This document shows, one piece after another, positions 38,486 to 47,479 of a DNA stretch of 64,000 bases. How positions within the stretch are numbered: the stretch's first letter is position 1; every line of letters starts with the position of its first letter. The DNA is from Puniceicoccaceae bacterium. GTDB taxonomy: Bacteria; Verrucomicrobiota; Verrucomicrobiia; Opitutales; Coraliomargaritaceae. The translations under genes were made by a program, and so were the position numbers. The DNA lies in NCBI GenBank assembly GCA_017854655.1, contig JAFMHF010000003.1, positions 645 to 64,644 of the forward strand, written 5' to 3'. Under the pieces are notes generated by a model, which saw only the letters and a list, made by a program, of their open reading frames with translations, was not told the origin of the DNA and did no database searches.

Positions 38486-40654
38486 ATGAAAACGAAACAA
38501 ATACTTATGGCTCTCGGGCTGTTAATTCTCGGTCTGCTTGCAGGTCGATTCCTCCTGCCTTCTAAAGCATCGCAAGATGCCGTTGGCCACAACCATGGGA
38601 CTGGGGACGCCGAACTTAGCGAGCCAGAAGTATGGACTTGTTCCATGCACCCTCAGATTCAACAGCCGGAATCAGGCGATTGCCCGATCTGCGGCATGGA
38701 CCTGATTCCCCTCGCAAATGATAGCGACGGTGACGAAGGTGAACGTGTTTTAAGCATGAGCGAGAGCTCGCGCGCATTGGCTGATATTCAAACGACTCTG
38801 GTTAAAGAAGAGTCTCCCGAGATAAACATCCGCCTCGTCGGAAAGCTCGGCTATGACGAGACTTTGGAAAAATCACTCACTGCACGATTTCCTGCACGTA
38901 TCGATGAACTGTTCGTCAACTTTACGGGTGCGAAAGTTCGTGCTGGCGATCCATTAGCCAAGGTCTACAGCCCCGAACTTCGCACCGCACAACGCGAATT
39001 GCTCAATGCTTACCGAGCCGACCCCGAAAGCATCTACACCGTGGCTGCTCGCAAGAAGCTCCGTCTCTGGGATCTGTTGCCCGAGCAAATTGATGCGATT
39101 CTTGATAACGGCGAAGCGCAGGATCACTTTACGATCAAAGCACCGGTGGGCGGGGTCGTTGTGGCCAAAAATGTAAGTGAAGGTGATTACCTTAAAGCAG
39201 GTGAAGTCCTCTTCCGTATCGTTGATCTGAGTAATATCTGGGCTGAACTGGATGCCTACGAGTCAGATCTGGGATGGCTGAAGGTAGGCCAATCAGCGGC
39301 GCTTTCTTTAAAAGCGTTTCCCGGTGAAGCCTTTGAGGGAGAGGTCGCTTTTATCGAACCAGAGATCAATGCGGCTACTCGAACCGTTCCCGTTCGTGTC
39401 AATGTTCCCAACTCGGAAGCTCGCCTGAAACCTGGAATGTTTGTCGAGGCGACAGTTAGTGGTTCAAGCGATAGTAGCGGTGCCTCGATTTTGGTTCCGT
39501 CTACAGCCGTCTTACGGACGGGGCAGCGGGCCGTTGTCTACGTCGAAAAACCTGATGCGGATCGCCCGACTTATGAAGGGCGGGAAATCGAGTTGGGTGT
39601 GAGGGCTGGCGATAGTTACGTTGTTACTTCAGGCCTCGAAGTGGGCGAACGGGTCGTCACTAATGGAGCCTTCAAGATTGATAGTGCACTTCAAATTAAG
39701 GCAAAGCCCAGTATGATGAATCCAGACGCTGGCTCTGAGACTGTCGGACATGACCACAGCGAGATGGCTATGGCTCCGGCTCCACCTGCGCTGTCAGTGG
39801 AAATGGCACTCTCTTTATTGGATGACTATTTGAAATTACAAGCGAGCTTGGCCGCCGACGATCTTGGCGCATCCAAGTCGGCGCTTAAAGCGATGATGCA
39901 GGTAACCGGCCATCAAGGCGATCTACCCGACTTGATACATGCGATGCTCGCAGCGGATAGTCTGGATGCGATCCGGCGTCCGCATTTTGAAACACTTTCG
40001 AATTCGCTGATCGCAGCAGTCATGGATACGCCATCGAGCTTTCCCGAAGGGCTTCTCGTGATGCACTGTCCGATGGTCTATGATGACCGTGGAGCCGATT
40101 GGATTCAAGCGACCGAGCCCCTTCAGAATCCTTACTATGGAGCGATGATGCTGAAATGTGGTGAGGTTAAATCGAAGGTGGATAGTTTGAAAGGCGCTGA
40201 GATCGAAGCGGCTACAGATACGAATTCCGAGAAATTGTTTGTGTCTTTGGTGCCCGGTTATTTGAAGCTGCAAGCCGCCCTTGCTGCGGATGATTTGGAT
40301 GCATCAAAAGTTGCTCTAAAGTCGGTGATGCAGGCAACCGGTCATGAGGGGGATATTCCCGATTTGATACATGCGATGCTTGCAGCAGACAGTCTGGATG
40401 CGATCAGACGGCCTCATTTTGAGACGCTTTCGAACGCACTGATCGAAGCCGTGGAATCCAATCCGAACTCATTTGAAACGGATCTCTATCTGATGCATTG
40501 CCCGATGGTTTACGGCGACCGTGGAGCCAGTTGGCTTCAAGCTGAGGATTCACTCCTGAACCCTTACTTCGGGGACATGATGTTACGCTGTGGCGAAGTG
40601 AAAGGTCTGCTTGTTGAGCCAGAGCTCACTAAAGAAGCTGAACACAAACATTAA
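38486..40654 (+). CDS. CusB-like RND adaptor with heavy-metal-binding domain and two C-terminal DUF3347-like domains
   Basis: WTCSMHPQI...CPICGMDL, MFP body (LKPGMF, TVPVR), tandem YLKLQ..LAADD...HCPMV...NPY.G..ML.CG units. Confidence 0.9.
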   Translation: MKTKQILMALGLLILGLLAGRFLLPSKASQDAVGHNHGTGDAELSEPEVWTCSMHPQIQQPESGDCPICGMDLIPLANDSDGDEGERVLSMSESSRALADIQTTLVKEESPEINIRLVGKLGYDETLEKSLTARFPARIDELFVNFTGAKVRAGDPLAKVYSPELRTAQRELLNAYRADPESIYTVAARKKLRLWDLLPEQIDAILDNGEAQDHFTIKAPVGGVVVAKNVSEGDYLKAGEVLFRIVDLSNIWAELDAYESDLGWLKVGQSAALSLKAFPGEAFEGEVAFIEPEINAATRTVPVRVNVPNSEARLKPGMFVEATVSGSSDSSGASILVPSTAVLRTGQRAVVYVEKPDADRPTYEGREIELGVRAGDSYVVTSGLEVGERVVTNGAFKIDSALQIKAKPSMMNPDAGSETVGHDHSEMAMAPAPPALSVEMALSLLDDYLKLQASLAADDLGASKSALKAMMQVTGHQGDLPDLIHAMLAADSLDAIRRPHFETLSNSLIAAVMDTPSSFPEGLLVMHCPMVYDDRGADWIQATEPLQNPYYGAMMLKCGEVKSKVDSLKGAEIEAATDTNSEKLFVSLVPGYLKLQAALAADDLDASKVALKSVMQATGHEGDIPDLIHAMLAADSLDAIRRPHFETLSNALIEAVESNPNSFETDLYLMHCPMVYGDRGASWLQAEDSLLNPYFGDMMLRCGEVKGLLVEPELTKEAEHKH
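39827..40604 (+). repeat. Tandem DUF3347-like domain duplication in the CusB-like adaptor (offset 432 nt = 144 codons)
   Basis: Both copies share PDLIHAMLAADSLDAIRRPHFETLSN exactly at the protein level. Confidence 0.85.
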
Positions 40655-40673
40655 TCTTTAAGAGAACTTAACA

Positions 40674-41411
40674 ATGAAGAAAAAGGCGATAATCTACAGA
40701 ATGGTGACACCCGATCACCTGTGCCCTTGGGGTATCAAGGCTTGGGACTTATTGAAGCGCAATGGATACGAAGTTGATGACCGTCATCTCGAATCGATGG
40801 ATGCGAATAAGCGATATAAAGAAGAAAACGGTGTCGATGAGACGCCGCAGATCTTGATCGATGGAGAACTCATCGGCGGTTATGACCAATTGCGTGAGCA
40901 CTTGAAGCTCGGCTCCGATCCGAAGGAAGGAAAGACCTATCAACCAATCATCGCCATCTTCGCAGTCACGTTTGGGATGGCCTTGACGACGGCATGGGCA
41001 ATTCACGGTAGTCTCCATATCATACCAGTTCTCGAATTATTTATCGCATTCAGCATGTGCGTGTTGGGTGTTCTAAAACTCCAGAATCTGCAGTCCTACG
41101 CTAACGGATTCATCCAATACGATCTGCTCGCACGGCGTTATGTGCCTTACGCTTACGTCTATGCTTTTATCGAGGCGATTGGTGGAATCTTGATGATCTC
41201 GGGGCTCTTTATCTGGGTCGTCGCTCCCATCGTTCTTCTGGCGACGACGCTTGGTGCTATCTCGATTATAAAAGCAGTCTATATTGATAAGCGCGACTTG
41301 AGCTGCGCCTGTGTCGGCGGGGGGAGCGACGTGCCACTAGGTTTCATTTCCCTCACCGAGAATCTCATGATGATGGGAATGGCAATATGGATGATCTCTA
41401 AAGCCTTCTAA
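40674..41411 (+). CDS. Glutaredoxin-like plus MauE/DoxX-like membrane fusion protein
   Basis: HLCPWG, ETPQILIDGELIGGYD (Grx fold), then four TM segments and LSCACVGG...SLTEN. Confidence 0.8.
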   Translation: MKKKAIIYRMVTPDHLCPWGIKAWDLLKRNGYEVDDRHLESMDANKRYKEENGVDETPQILIDGELIGGYDQLREHLKLGSDPKEGKTYQPIIAIFAVTFGMALTTAWAIHGSLHIIPVLELFIAFSMCVLGVLKLQNLQSYANGFIQYDLLARRYVPYAYVYAFIEAIGGILMISGLFIWVVAPIVLLATTLGAISIIKAVYIDKRDLSCACVGGGSDVPLGFISLTENLMMMGMAIWMISKAF

Positions 41412-41414
41412 ACT

Positions 41415-44400
41415 ATGAGCACCAATCCAAAAAATCCGATCAATCAGCTCATCCGTTTCTGTCTCGAGAACAAGCTGGTCGTCATACTCTTCACCGTCGT
41501 TCTCATCTTCTGGGGAATTGCCGTCGCTCCCTTTGATTGGGAGTCTGATTTCTTGCCACGCGATCCGGTTCCCGTCGATGCGATTCCCGACATCGGCGAG
41601 AACCAGCAAATTGTTTTCACCGAGTGGATGGGGCGCTCTCCGCAGGATATCGAAGATCAAATCACATATCCGCTGACGACTGCATTACTGGGTCTGCCAG
41701 AAGTGAAGACGATCCGCAGTTACTCGATGTTCGGCTTCTCCTCGATCTATATCATCTTCAAGGAAGATGCTGAGTTTTATTGGACGCGTAGTCGCATCCT
41801 CGAAAAGCTCAATAGCCTGCCATCGGGCACCTTGCCGCAAGGAGCGTCACCCCAGTTGGGGCCGGATGCCACCGCCTTAGGGCAAGTCTTTTGGTATACA
41901 CTGGAAGGCATGGACACGGACGGTAATCCAACGGGTGGCTGGGACTTGGACGAGCTACGTAGCACGCAGGATTGGTATGTGCGCTATGCGCTGCAGGGTG
42001 TCGACGGGGTCGCCGAAGTTGCCTCTATCGGGGGCTATGTGAAAGAGTATCAGATCGACGTCGATCCGGATGCACTTCGGACCTATGATGTCGCGTTACA
42101 TGAAGTGTTTGCCGCGGTTAAGGGGAGCAATCTCGATGTCGGAGCGCGCACGATTGAAATCAATGCGGTTGAATACGTGATTCGGGGGCTGGGGTTTATC
42201 GATAGTCTGGATGACCTTCGTAAGACAGTCATTACCCAACGCGACAATGTGCCGGTGACGCTCGATCAAATCGCCTCTATCGAATACGGCCCCGCGCTGC
42301 GGCGTGGCGCATTGGACAAGGCGGGAGCTGAAGCAGTCGGTGGTGTTGTCGTCACGCGTTATGGAGAAAACCCGCTCGAAGTGATCAAGCGGGTGAAAGC
42401 AAAAATCGGTGAAATTTCGGCGGGCATGCCTAAAAAGACGCTTGAAGACGGCACAGTCAGCCAAGTCGAGGTGGTTCCTTTTTATGATAGAACCGGCCTC
42501 ATCTACGAGACCCTCGGCACGCTGGAGAATGCCGTGCGGCAACAGATACTCGTCACGATCATCGTTGTCGTGCTCATGGTGATGCATTTGCGCAGCGCTT
42601 CATTGATCGCAGGTGTGTTGCCACTCGCGGTGCTCTTTTCTTTTATCGGCATGAAGCTGTTTAAAGTCGATGCGAACGTCGTCGCGCTATCTGGAATCGC
42701 GATCGCGATTGGCACCATTGTGGATATGGGTGTTGTTCTGGTTGAGAACATCCTCAAGCATATTGACAAAGCACCACCGGATGAGAATCGTCTGGAAGTC
42801 GTCTACCGAGCTTGTAGCGAAGTGGGTGGGGCAGTGGTCACCGCTGTGCTCACAACGGTGATCAGCTTTCTGCCTGTCTTCACGATGCAGGCTGCAGAGG
42901 GTAAATTGTTTCAGCCGCTCGCTTATACCAAAACGTTCGCGCTGATCGGTTCTATCCTTGTGGCGATTACGATTATACCTCCACTGGCACACTGGGTATT
43001 GGCGAGACGGATACGAAAAAAAGCGAAGGCCGTCCCTAGATGGCTCGGCTTCCTCAAAAAGTATTCCCGTTATGTGATTTGTCTTACAGTCGCACTCATC
43101 ACTGCGTGGTTCTTGGCCGCAGACTGGAAGCCATTGGGTGTAGAAGCAACTTTGATGAACTTTCTCTTTGTCGTTCTCACCATTGGTGGACTTTTAGGAT
43201 TCTTCTATGTGTTCGTCCATTTCTATGGGCGTATCCTCGCTTTCCTCTTAAAAGCGAAAACAGTTTTTCTCGCTGGTTGTGTGTGTATTATTCTTTTCGG
43301 GTTCACAATCTGGTTGGGCTGGGGGAAGGTTTTTGGGTGGATGCCTGAATTTGTTAAAAAATCTGATCCCTATGTAGCAGTGGCCCATGCAGTGCCCGGG
43401 TTGGGCAAAGAATTTATGCCGGACCTCGATGAAGGTTCCTATCTTTTGATGCCAACGACTATGCCGCATGCCTCCATCGGCGAGGTCATGGATGTGCTGC
43501 GCAAACAGGACATGGCAATCAACGCGATTCCAGAAGTGGAGATGGCGGTGGGTAAATTGGGGCGCGTTGAAAGTCCGCTCGATCCTGCGCCGATTTCCAT
43601 GATCGAAACGATTATCAATTATAAGTCGGAGTATCTAAGCGATGAGGATGGTCGGATCCTGACTTTTGCTTATGATCACGCTGCGGGCGTGTTTGAGCGC
43701 GACGCATCCGGCGATCTAGTAGCGGATGAAGACGGTCGTCCTTTCCGACAGTGGCGCGACGAGATTCAGAGTCCTGACGATATCTGGGATGAAATCGTAA
43801 AGGCAGCCACGATCCCCGGGACGACCTCCGCACCTAAGCTTCAGCCTATTGCCGCACGCATCGTCATGCTGCAAAGTGGTATGCGGGCACCGATGGGCCT
43901 GAAAGTCTACGGCCCGGATTTGGAAACACTCGAACAGGTCGCGTTGGACATCGAGGACTCTCTCAAGCAGGTGCCTTCCATCAAAGCCGAGGCCGTGTTG
44001 GCCGACCGAATTGTCGGCAAACCCTATTTGGAAATCGACATCGATCGTGATGCCATTGCCCGCTTCGGTATCACAATTAAAATGGTGCAGGACGTGATCG
44101 AGGTTGCCGTTGGCGGAAAGCCGATTACAATGACGGTCGAAGGTCGTGAACGCTATCCTGTCCGCGTGCGGTATATGCGCGAGCGGCGTGACAGCATCGA
44201 ATCCATTGAACAGGTCTTAGTCGCTGCACCCGATGGCACTCAAGTTCCACTGCGTGAGCTGGCTTCGATTAACTACGTCAGAGGACCTCAAGTGATTAAG
44301 AGTGAGGACACCTTTCTTGTCGGCTACGTCATCTTTGATAAGCGCGACGGTTTTGCTGAGGTTGAAGTCGTTGAGCAGGCTAGCGAGTTTCTTCAGCAAA

Positions 44401-45074
44401 AAATCGATAGTGGCGAACTCAACATACCAGCCGGAGTGAGCTATAAATTCACGGGTAGCTACGAGAACCAAGTGCGTGCAGAGAAGCGGCTACGTGTCGT
44501 TCTGCCTATTGCGCTCTTCGCCATTTGGTTGATCCTCTATTTCCAGTTCAAGCGTTTTGCCACCACCATGCTCGTCTTCTCTGGGATCGCATTCGCTTGG
44601 TCGGGTGGATTCATCATGCTCTGGCTGTATGCGCAGCCTTGGTTCTTTGACCTGAACTTGTTTGGGCATAATCTGCGTGAACTTTTCCAGATGGACGTGA
44701 TCAATCTAAGTGTCGCCGTTTGGGTCGGTTTTCTCGCTTTGTTCGGCATCGCAACCGACGACGGCGTCATCATGTCGACCTATCTTGAACAACGCTTCAG
44801 AGAATCACCTCCGATGAACCGGGACGAGATTCACCAGCGGGTGATCGAAGCCGCGTCGCGTCGCGTGCGTCCTGCTTTGATGACGAGTGCCACTACGATT
44901 CTGGCGTTACTTCCAGTGCTCACCTCTACCGGGCGTGGATCTGACATTATGCTCCCGATGGCAATTCCATCCTTCGGTGGCATGCTACTCGCCATCCTCA
45001 CCATCTTCGTGGTGCCCGTGCTTTACTGCGGACTAGCGGAAATCGCACACCGGTTCACTTCACCCAAAAAATAG
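41415..45074 (+). CDS. cusA: CusA-type Cu(I)/Ag(I) RND permease
   Basis: PVDAIPDIGENQQIV, LGPDATALG, IGTIVDMGVVLVEN; methionines at the positions of the CusA triad (LLMPTT, PISMIET, RIVMLQSG). Confidence 0.9.
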   Translation: MSTNPKNPINQLIRFCLENKLVVILFTVVLIFWGIAVAPFDWESDFLPRDPVPVDAIPDIGENQQIVFTEWMGRSPQDIEDQITYPLTTALLGLPEVKTIRSYSMFGFSSIYIIFKEDAEFYWTRSRILEKLNSLPSGTLPQGASPQLGPDATALGQVFWYTLEGMDTDGNPTGGWDLDELRSTQDWYVRYALQGVDGVAEVASIGGYVKEYQIDVDPDALRTYDVALHEVFAAVKGSNLDVGARTIEINAVEYVIRGLGFIDSLDDLRKTVITQRDNVPVTLDQIASIEYGPALRRGALDKAGAEAVGGVVVTRYGENPLEVIKRVKAKIGEISAGMPKKTLEDGTVSQVEVVPFYDRTGLIYETLGTLENAVRQQILVTIIVVVLMVMHLRSASLIAGVLPLAVLFSFIGMKLFKVDANVVALSGIAIAIGTIVDMGVVLVENILKHIDKAPPDENRLEVVYRACSEVGGAVVTAVLTTVISFLPVFTMQAAEGKLFQPLAYTKTFALIGSILVAITIIPPLAHWVLARRIRKKAKAVPRWLGFLKKYSRYVICLTVALITAWFLAADWKPLGVEATLMNFLFVVLTIGGLLGFFYVFVHFYGRILAFLLKAKTVFLAGCVCIILFGFTIWLGWGKVFGWMPEFVKKSDPYVAVAHAVPGLGKEFMPDLDEGSYLLMPTTMPHASIGEVMDVLRKQDMAINAIPEVEMAVGKLGRVESPLDPAPISMIETIINYKSEYLSDEDGRILTFAYDHAAGVFERDASGDLVADEDGRPFRQWRDEIQSPDDIWDEIVKAATIPGTTSAPKLQPIAARIVMLQSGMRAPMGLKVYGPDLETLEQVALDIEDSLKQVPSIKAEAVLADRIVGKPYLEIDIDRDAIARFGITIKMVQDVIEVAVGGKPITMTVEGRERYPVRVRYMRERRDSIESIEQVLVAAPDGTQVPLRELASINYVRGPQVIKSEDTFLVGYVIFDKRDGFAEVEVVEQASEFLQQKIDSGELNIPAGVSYKFTGSYENQVRAEKRLRVVLPIALFAIWLILYFQFKRFATTMLVFSGIAFAWSGGFIMLWLYAQPWFFDLNLFGHNLRELFQMDVINLSVAVWVGFLALFGIATDDGVIMSTYLEQRFRESPPMNRDEIHQRVIEAASRRVRPALMTSATTILALLPVLTSTGRGSDIMLPMAIPSFGGMLLAILTIFVVPVLYCGLAEIAHRFTSPKK

Positions 45075-45098
45075 TAATACAAAAATAAAGATAGAAAT

Positions 45099-45671
45099 AT
45101 GAAAAACATACTACACATGGCTCTGGGCCTACTACTAAGCATTTCTGTGCTTCAAGCGCACAGTGACGCCTTCAAACCTACGTTCGTCGATACATTAGTC
45201 GATCCATACCTCTCCATGCAAAAAGGCTTGGCGGCTGACGATCTGCAAGCTGCTCAAGTAGGCGCCGCCGCTTTTCTTAAAGCGATGAAACATGCGCCGC
45301 ACGAGGGGGGAGCTCACGAAGAAGCCATGGATCTGAGCAATCCAGCAAAGACAATCTCAGGGGCGGAAGACATCAAAGTGGCACGCACTGCCTTTTTGGA
45401 TCTGTCCCAGCAGATGACCTCGCTGATTCAGCATGTCGGCACTACCGCCGACACACCGCTTTACACCGCATTCTGCCCAATGGCATTCGATAACAAAGGC
45501 GGTCAGTGGATCCAGTCCGAGAAAACCGTATCCAACCCATACTACGGATCGATGATGCTACGTTGCGGCAGCGTTAAAAAGAAAATCGCCGGAAGTGCAG
45601 AACATTCTGACGATTCTAAGCATGGAAAGATGCCGATAAAGAAAGACGACCATTCCGGCCATTCACACTAA
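45099..45671 (+). CDS. Exported DUF3347-like metal-binding protein
   Basis: Signal peptide; YLSMQKGLAADD, FCPMAFDNKGGQW, NPYYGSMMLRCG; His-rich tail. Confidence 0.8.
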   Translation: MKNILHMALGLLLSISVLQAHSDAFKPTFVDTLVDPYLSMQKGLAADDLQAAQVGAAAFLKAMKHAPHEGGAHEEAMDLSNPAKTISGAEDIKVARTAFLDLSQQMTSLIQHVGTTADTPLYTAFCPMAFDNKGGQWIQSEKTVSNPYYGSMMLRCGSVKKKIAGSAEHSDDSKHGKMPIKKDDHSGHSH

Positions 45672-45685
45672 ACCCTAGGAAACGG

Positions 45686-45720
45686 TGCCCTCTGGTGTCC
45701 GTCCATGACACTGGAGGGCA
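45686..45720. terminator. Hairpin between convergent operons (probable terminator)
   Basis: TGCCCTCTGGTGTC / GACACTGGAGGGCA 14-bp stem with two G-U pairs; U-tract is weak. Confidence 0.5.
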
Positions 45721-45841
45721 TCGTATCTTTGATGAGACTTCGTCACTATTTTTTCTGAGCACTCAGCGTCTTCCTTTTCAGTGCAGTGGCATCGAGGAAC
45801 TGAAATTTCTTAGACCGGACTGGAACCTCAGAGCAGTGAGC

Positions 45842-46765
45842 CTAAGAACTGCAATTTGCTCCGCCTTTGATATTGTGGCAGCGATTTTCCGCTGATTCGA
45901 ATTCTAGGGTGCTGTGGTGAATCGAAAAGTGTTCTCTCAAGTAGGTTTTGACCGTCTCCTTGATTGATTCCAGTTCCTCCATGCTGGAGGCTTCCCCGAT
46001 CACGACATGCGCCTCAAGTGCACGGTGATGTTCGTCGAGCTCCCACACGTGGATATGGTGCACATTTTCGATTCCATCGAGGTTTTGCAAGGCCTCCTTG
46101 ATCTCATCCACAGAGAGATTGGTGGGGGTGCCTTCCATCAGGATACGCGAGGTTTTCTTTAACATGCCAAATGACATATAGAGTATATATCCCGCGATGA
46201 TGAGTGTGATAAGGGGATCCACCCAAGTCCAATCGAGCCATAGAATCGCAGCGCCGCCAAGCAAGACGGCGACTGAAGCACCGGCGTCGGTCAGGTTATG
46301 TAGGAACGCTGCCTTCACATTTAGGCTTCCCTTGGACATCGACCACAGGAGCCAAGCGGTAATTACATCCACCACGAGTGCGACGCCAGCCGCTGTCATG
46401 ATCCAGCCCCCAAGTAGTGGCTCGGGGTCGAAGAATCGGCGCACCGCCTCGTAGATGAGGTATAGCCCTACGAGTATCAGTGCGGTCAACTGGATCATCG
46501 CGCCGATCAGCTCGGCTCGTCGATACCCGAAAGTATATTGCTCGTCAGCACCCTTGCGGGAAATCTTACGGGCAATATAGGCGATGAGCAGTGCCGCAGC
46601 ATCATTGGTATTATGCAGCGCATCGGCCATCAAGGCCACGCTCCCCGAGATCGCCCCAGCGACAAATTCGAAGACCGAGAGTCCTAAATTAACAATGACC
46701 GTCCACAATAGAACGCCGTCGCTGACATTTTCAGTGCCGTGAGAGTGGTTGTGATCGTGTCCCAT
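45842..46765 (-). CDS. czcD: CzcD/ZitB-type cation diffusion facilitator
   Basis: His-rich N-terminus, ADALHNTND, TFGYRRAE, AFLHNLTD, DPLIT, HIHVWELD, HSTLEFE. Confidence 0.9.
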   Translation of the reverse strand: MGHDHNHSHGTENVSDGVLLWTVIVNLGLSVFEFVAGAISGSVALMADALHNTNDAAALLIAYIARKISRKGADEQYTFGYRRAELIGAMIQLTALILVGLYLIYEAVRRFFDPEPLLGGWIMTAAGVALVVDVITAWLLWSMSKGSLNVKAAFLHNLTDAGASVAVLLGGAAILWLDWTWVDPLITLIIAGYILYMSFGMLKKTSRILMEGTPTNLSVDEIKEALQNLDGIENVHHIHVWELDEHHRALEAHVVIGEASSMEELESIKETVKTYLREHFSIHHSTLEFESAENRCHNIKGGANCSS

Positions 46766-46791
46766 TGTTAATGTCCTTTGTTTTGGCTGCG

Positions 46792-46821
46792 AACTGCTGG
46801 CGTGAATACACGCCAGCAGTT
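46792..46821. terminator. Perfect 13-bp hairpin upstream of czcD
   Basis: AACTGCTGGCGTG-AATA-CACGCCAGCAGTT; T-rich flank only on the plus side. Confidence 0.45.
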
Positions 46822-46833
46822 TATTTCTTCAGC

Positions 46834-47451
46834 TTAATGGTCGTGTCCTTCGTGACTATCTTCTCCGTGTTCGCAGACACAGGCATACTCCTTGTATTTG
46901 CAAGTCGGGCAGTCGCTGAGGTTTAGATTGAATTTCTCGCGAACGGTTTTCGATTTCGCATCTGCCTTAATCGAGAGAACGATCGGTAGGTTGTTACCCT
47001 CTGGCAGAGCTTTATCGGACAGTAGAACGCTGCCTTTCTTCGTGAAGCGTAGACGGACAGGGTTTTGACGGTCACCACCTATAAGCGAGAGCGCCTGATC
47101 TTTCGGAGCGACAGCTTTGCCGTCGTCATTGAGGAACGTGATCTGTATGAGTCGCGTATCAGTCACGAAGAATTCTAGATGGGGTTCAACCGATGTGATG
47201 ATACGACCGCCATTGGGGCCTGCTTTCACATCGCCATGGTCGTGCTCATCATGATCGTCTTCGTGAGCCTCGTGGTCATGGTCGGAGTGGTCCTCTTCTG
47301 GCTTTGCCTTGGCATGCGCTGCATGATCGTGGCCTTCGTGAGCAGAATGGTCATGGTCCGCATCATTTCCGTGGTGATCCGCATAGCTGGTGCTCCACGA
47401 AAGCAAAGCGAATGTGATCAACGTAGTGAGTAGTGTTTTTTTGTATTTCAT
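46834..47451 (-). CDS. Exported His-rich putative metallochaperone
   Basis: Signal peptide, HxxHxH-rich tract, AGPNGGR domain, C-terminal CPTCKYKEYACVCEH. Confidence 0.75.
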   Translation of the reverse strand: MKYKKTLLTTLITFALLSWSTSYADHHGNDADHDHSAHEGHDHAAHAKAKPEEDHSDHDHEAHEDDHDEHDHGDVKAGPNGGRIITSVEPHLEFFVTDTRLIQITFLNDDGKAVAPKDQALSLIGGDRQNPVRLRFTKKGSVLLSDKALPEGNNLPIVLSIKADAKSKTVREKFNLNLSDCPTCKYKEYACVCEHGEDSHEGHDH

Positions 47452-47479
47452 AGTATATGTATGTATTTGTAATGTGTGA

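Noticed and set aside
46766-46833. NiCo (czcD) riboswitch upstream of czcD
   Set aside because: Only 68 nt containing a single hairpin; I cannot see the multi-stem junction of that riboswitch.
46834-47451. Repetitive CAT/GAT-rich DNA as a possible repeat array or CRISPR
   Set aside because: It is His/Asp codon repetition within a protein; no constant repeat-spacer periodicity and no cas genes in the window.
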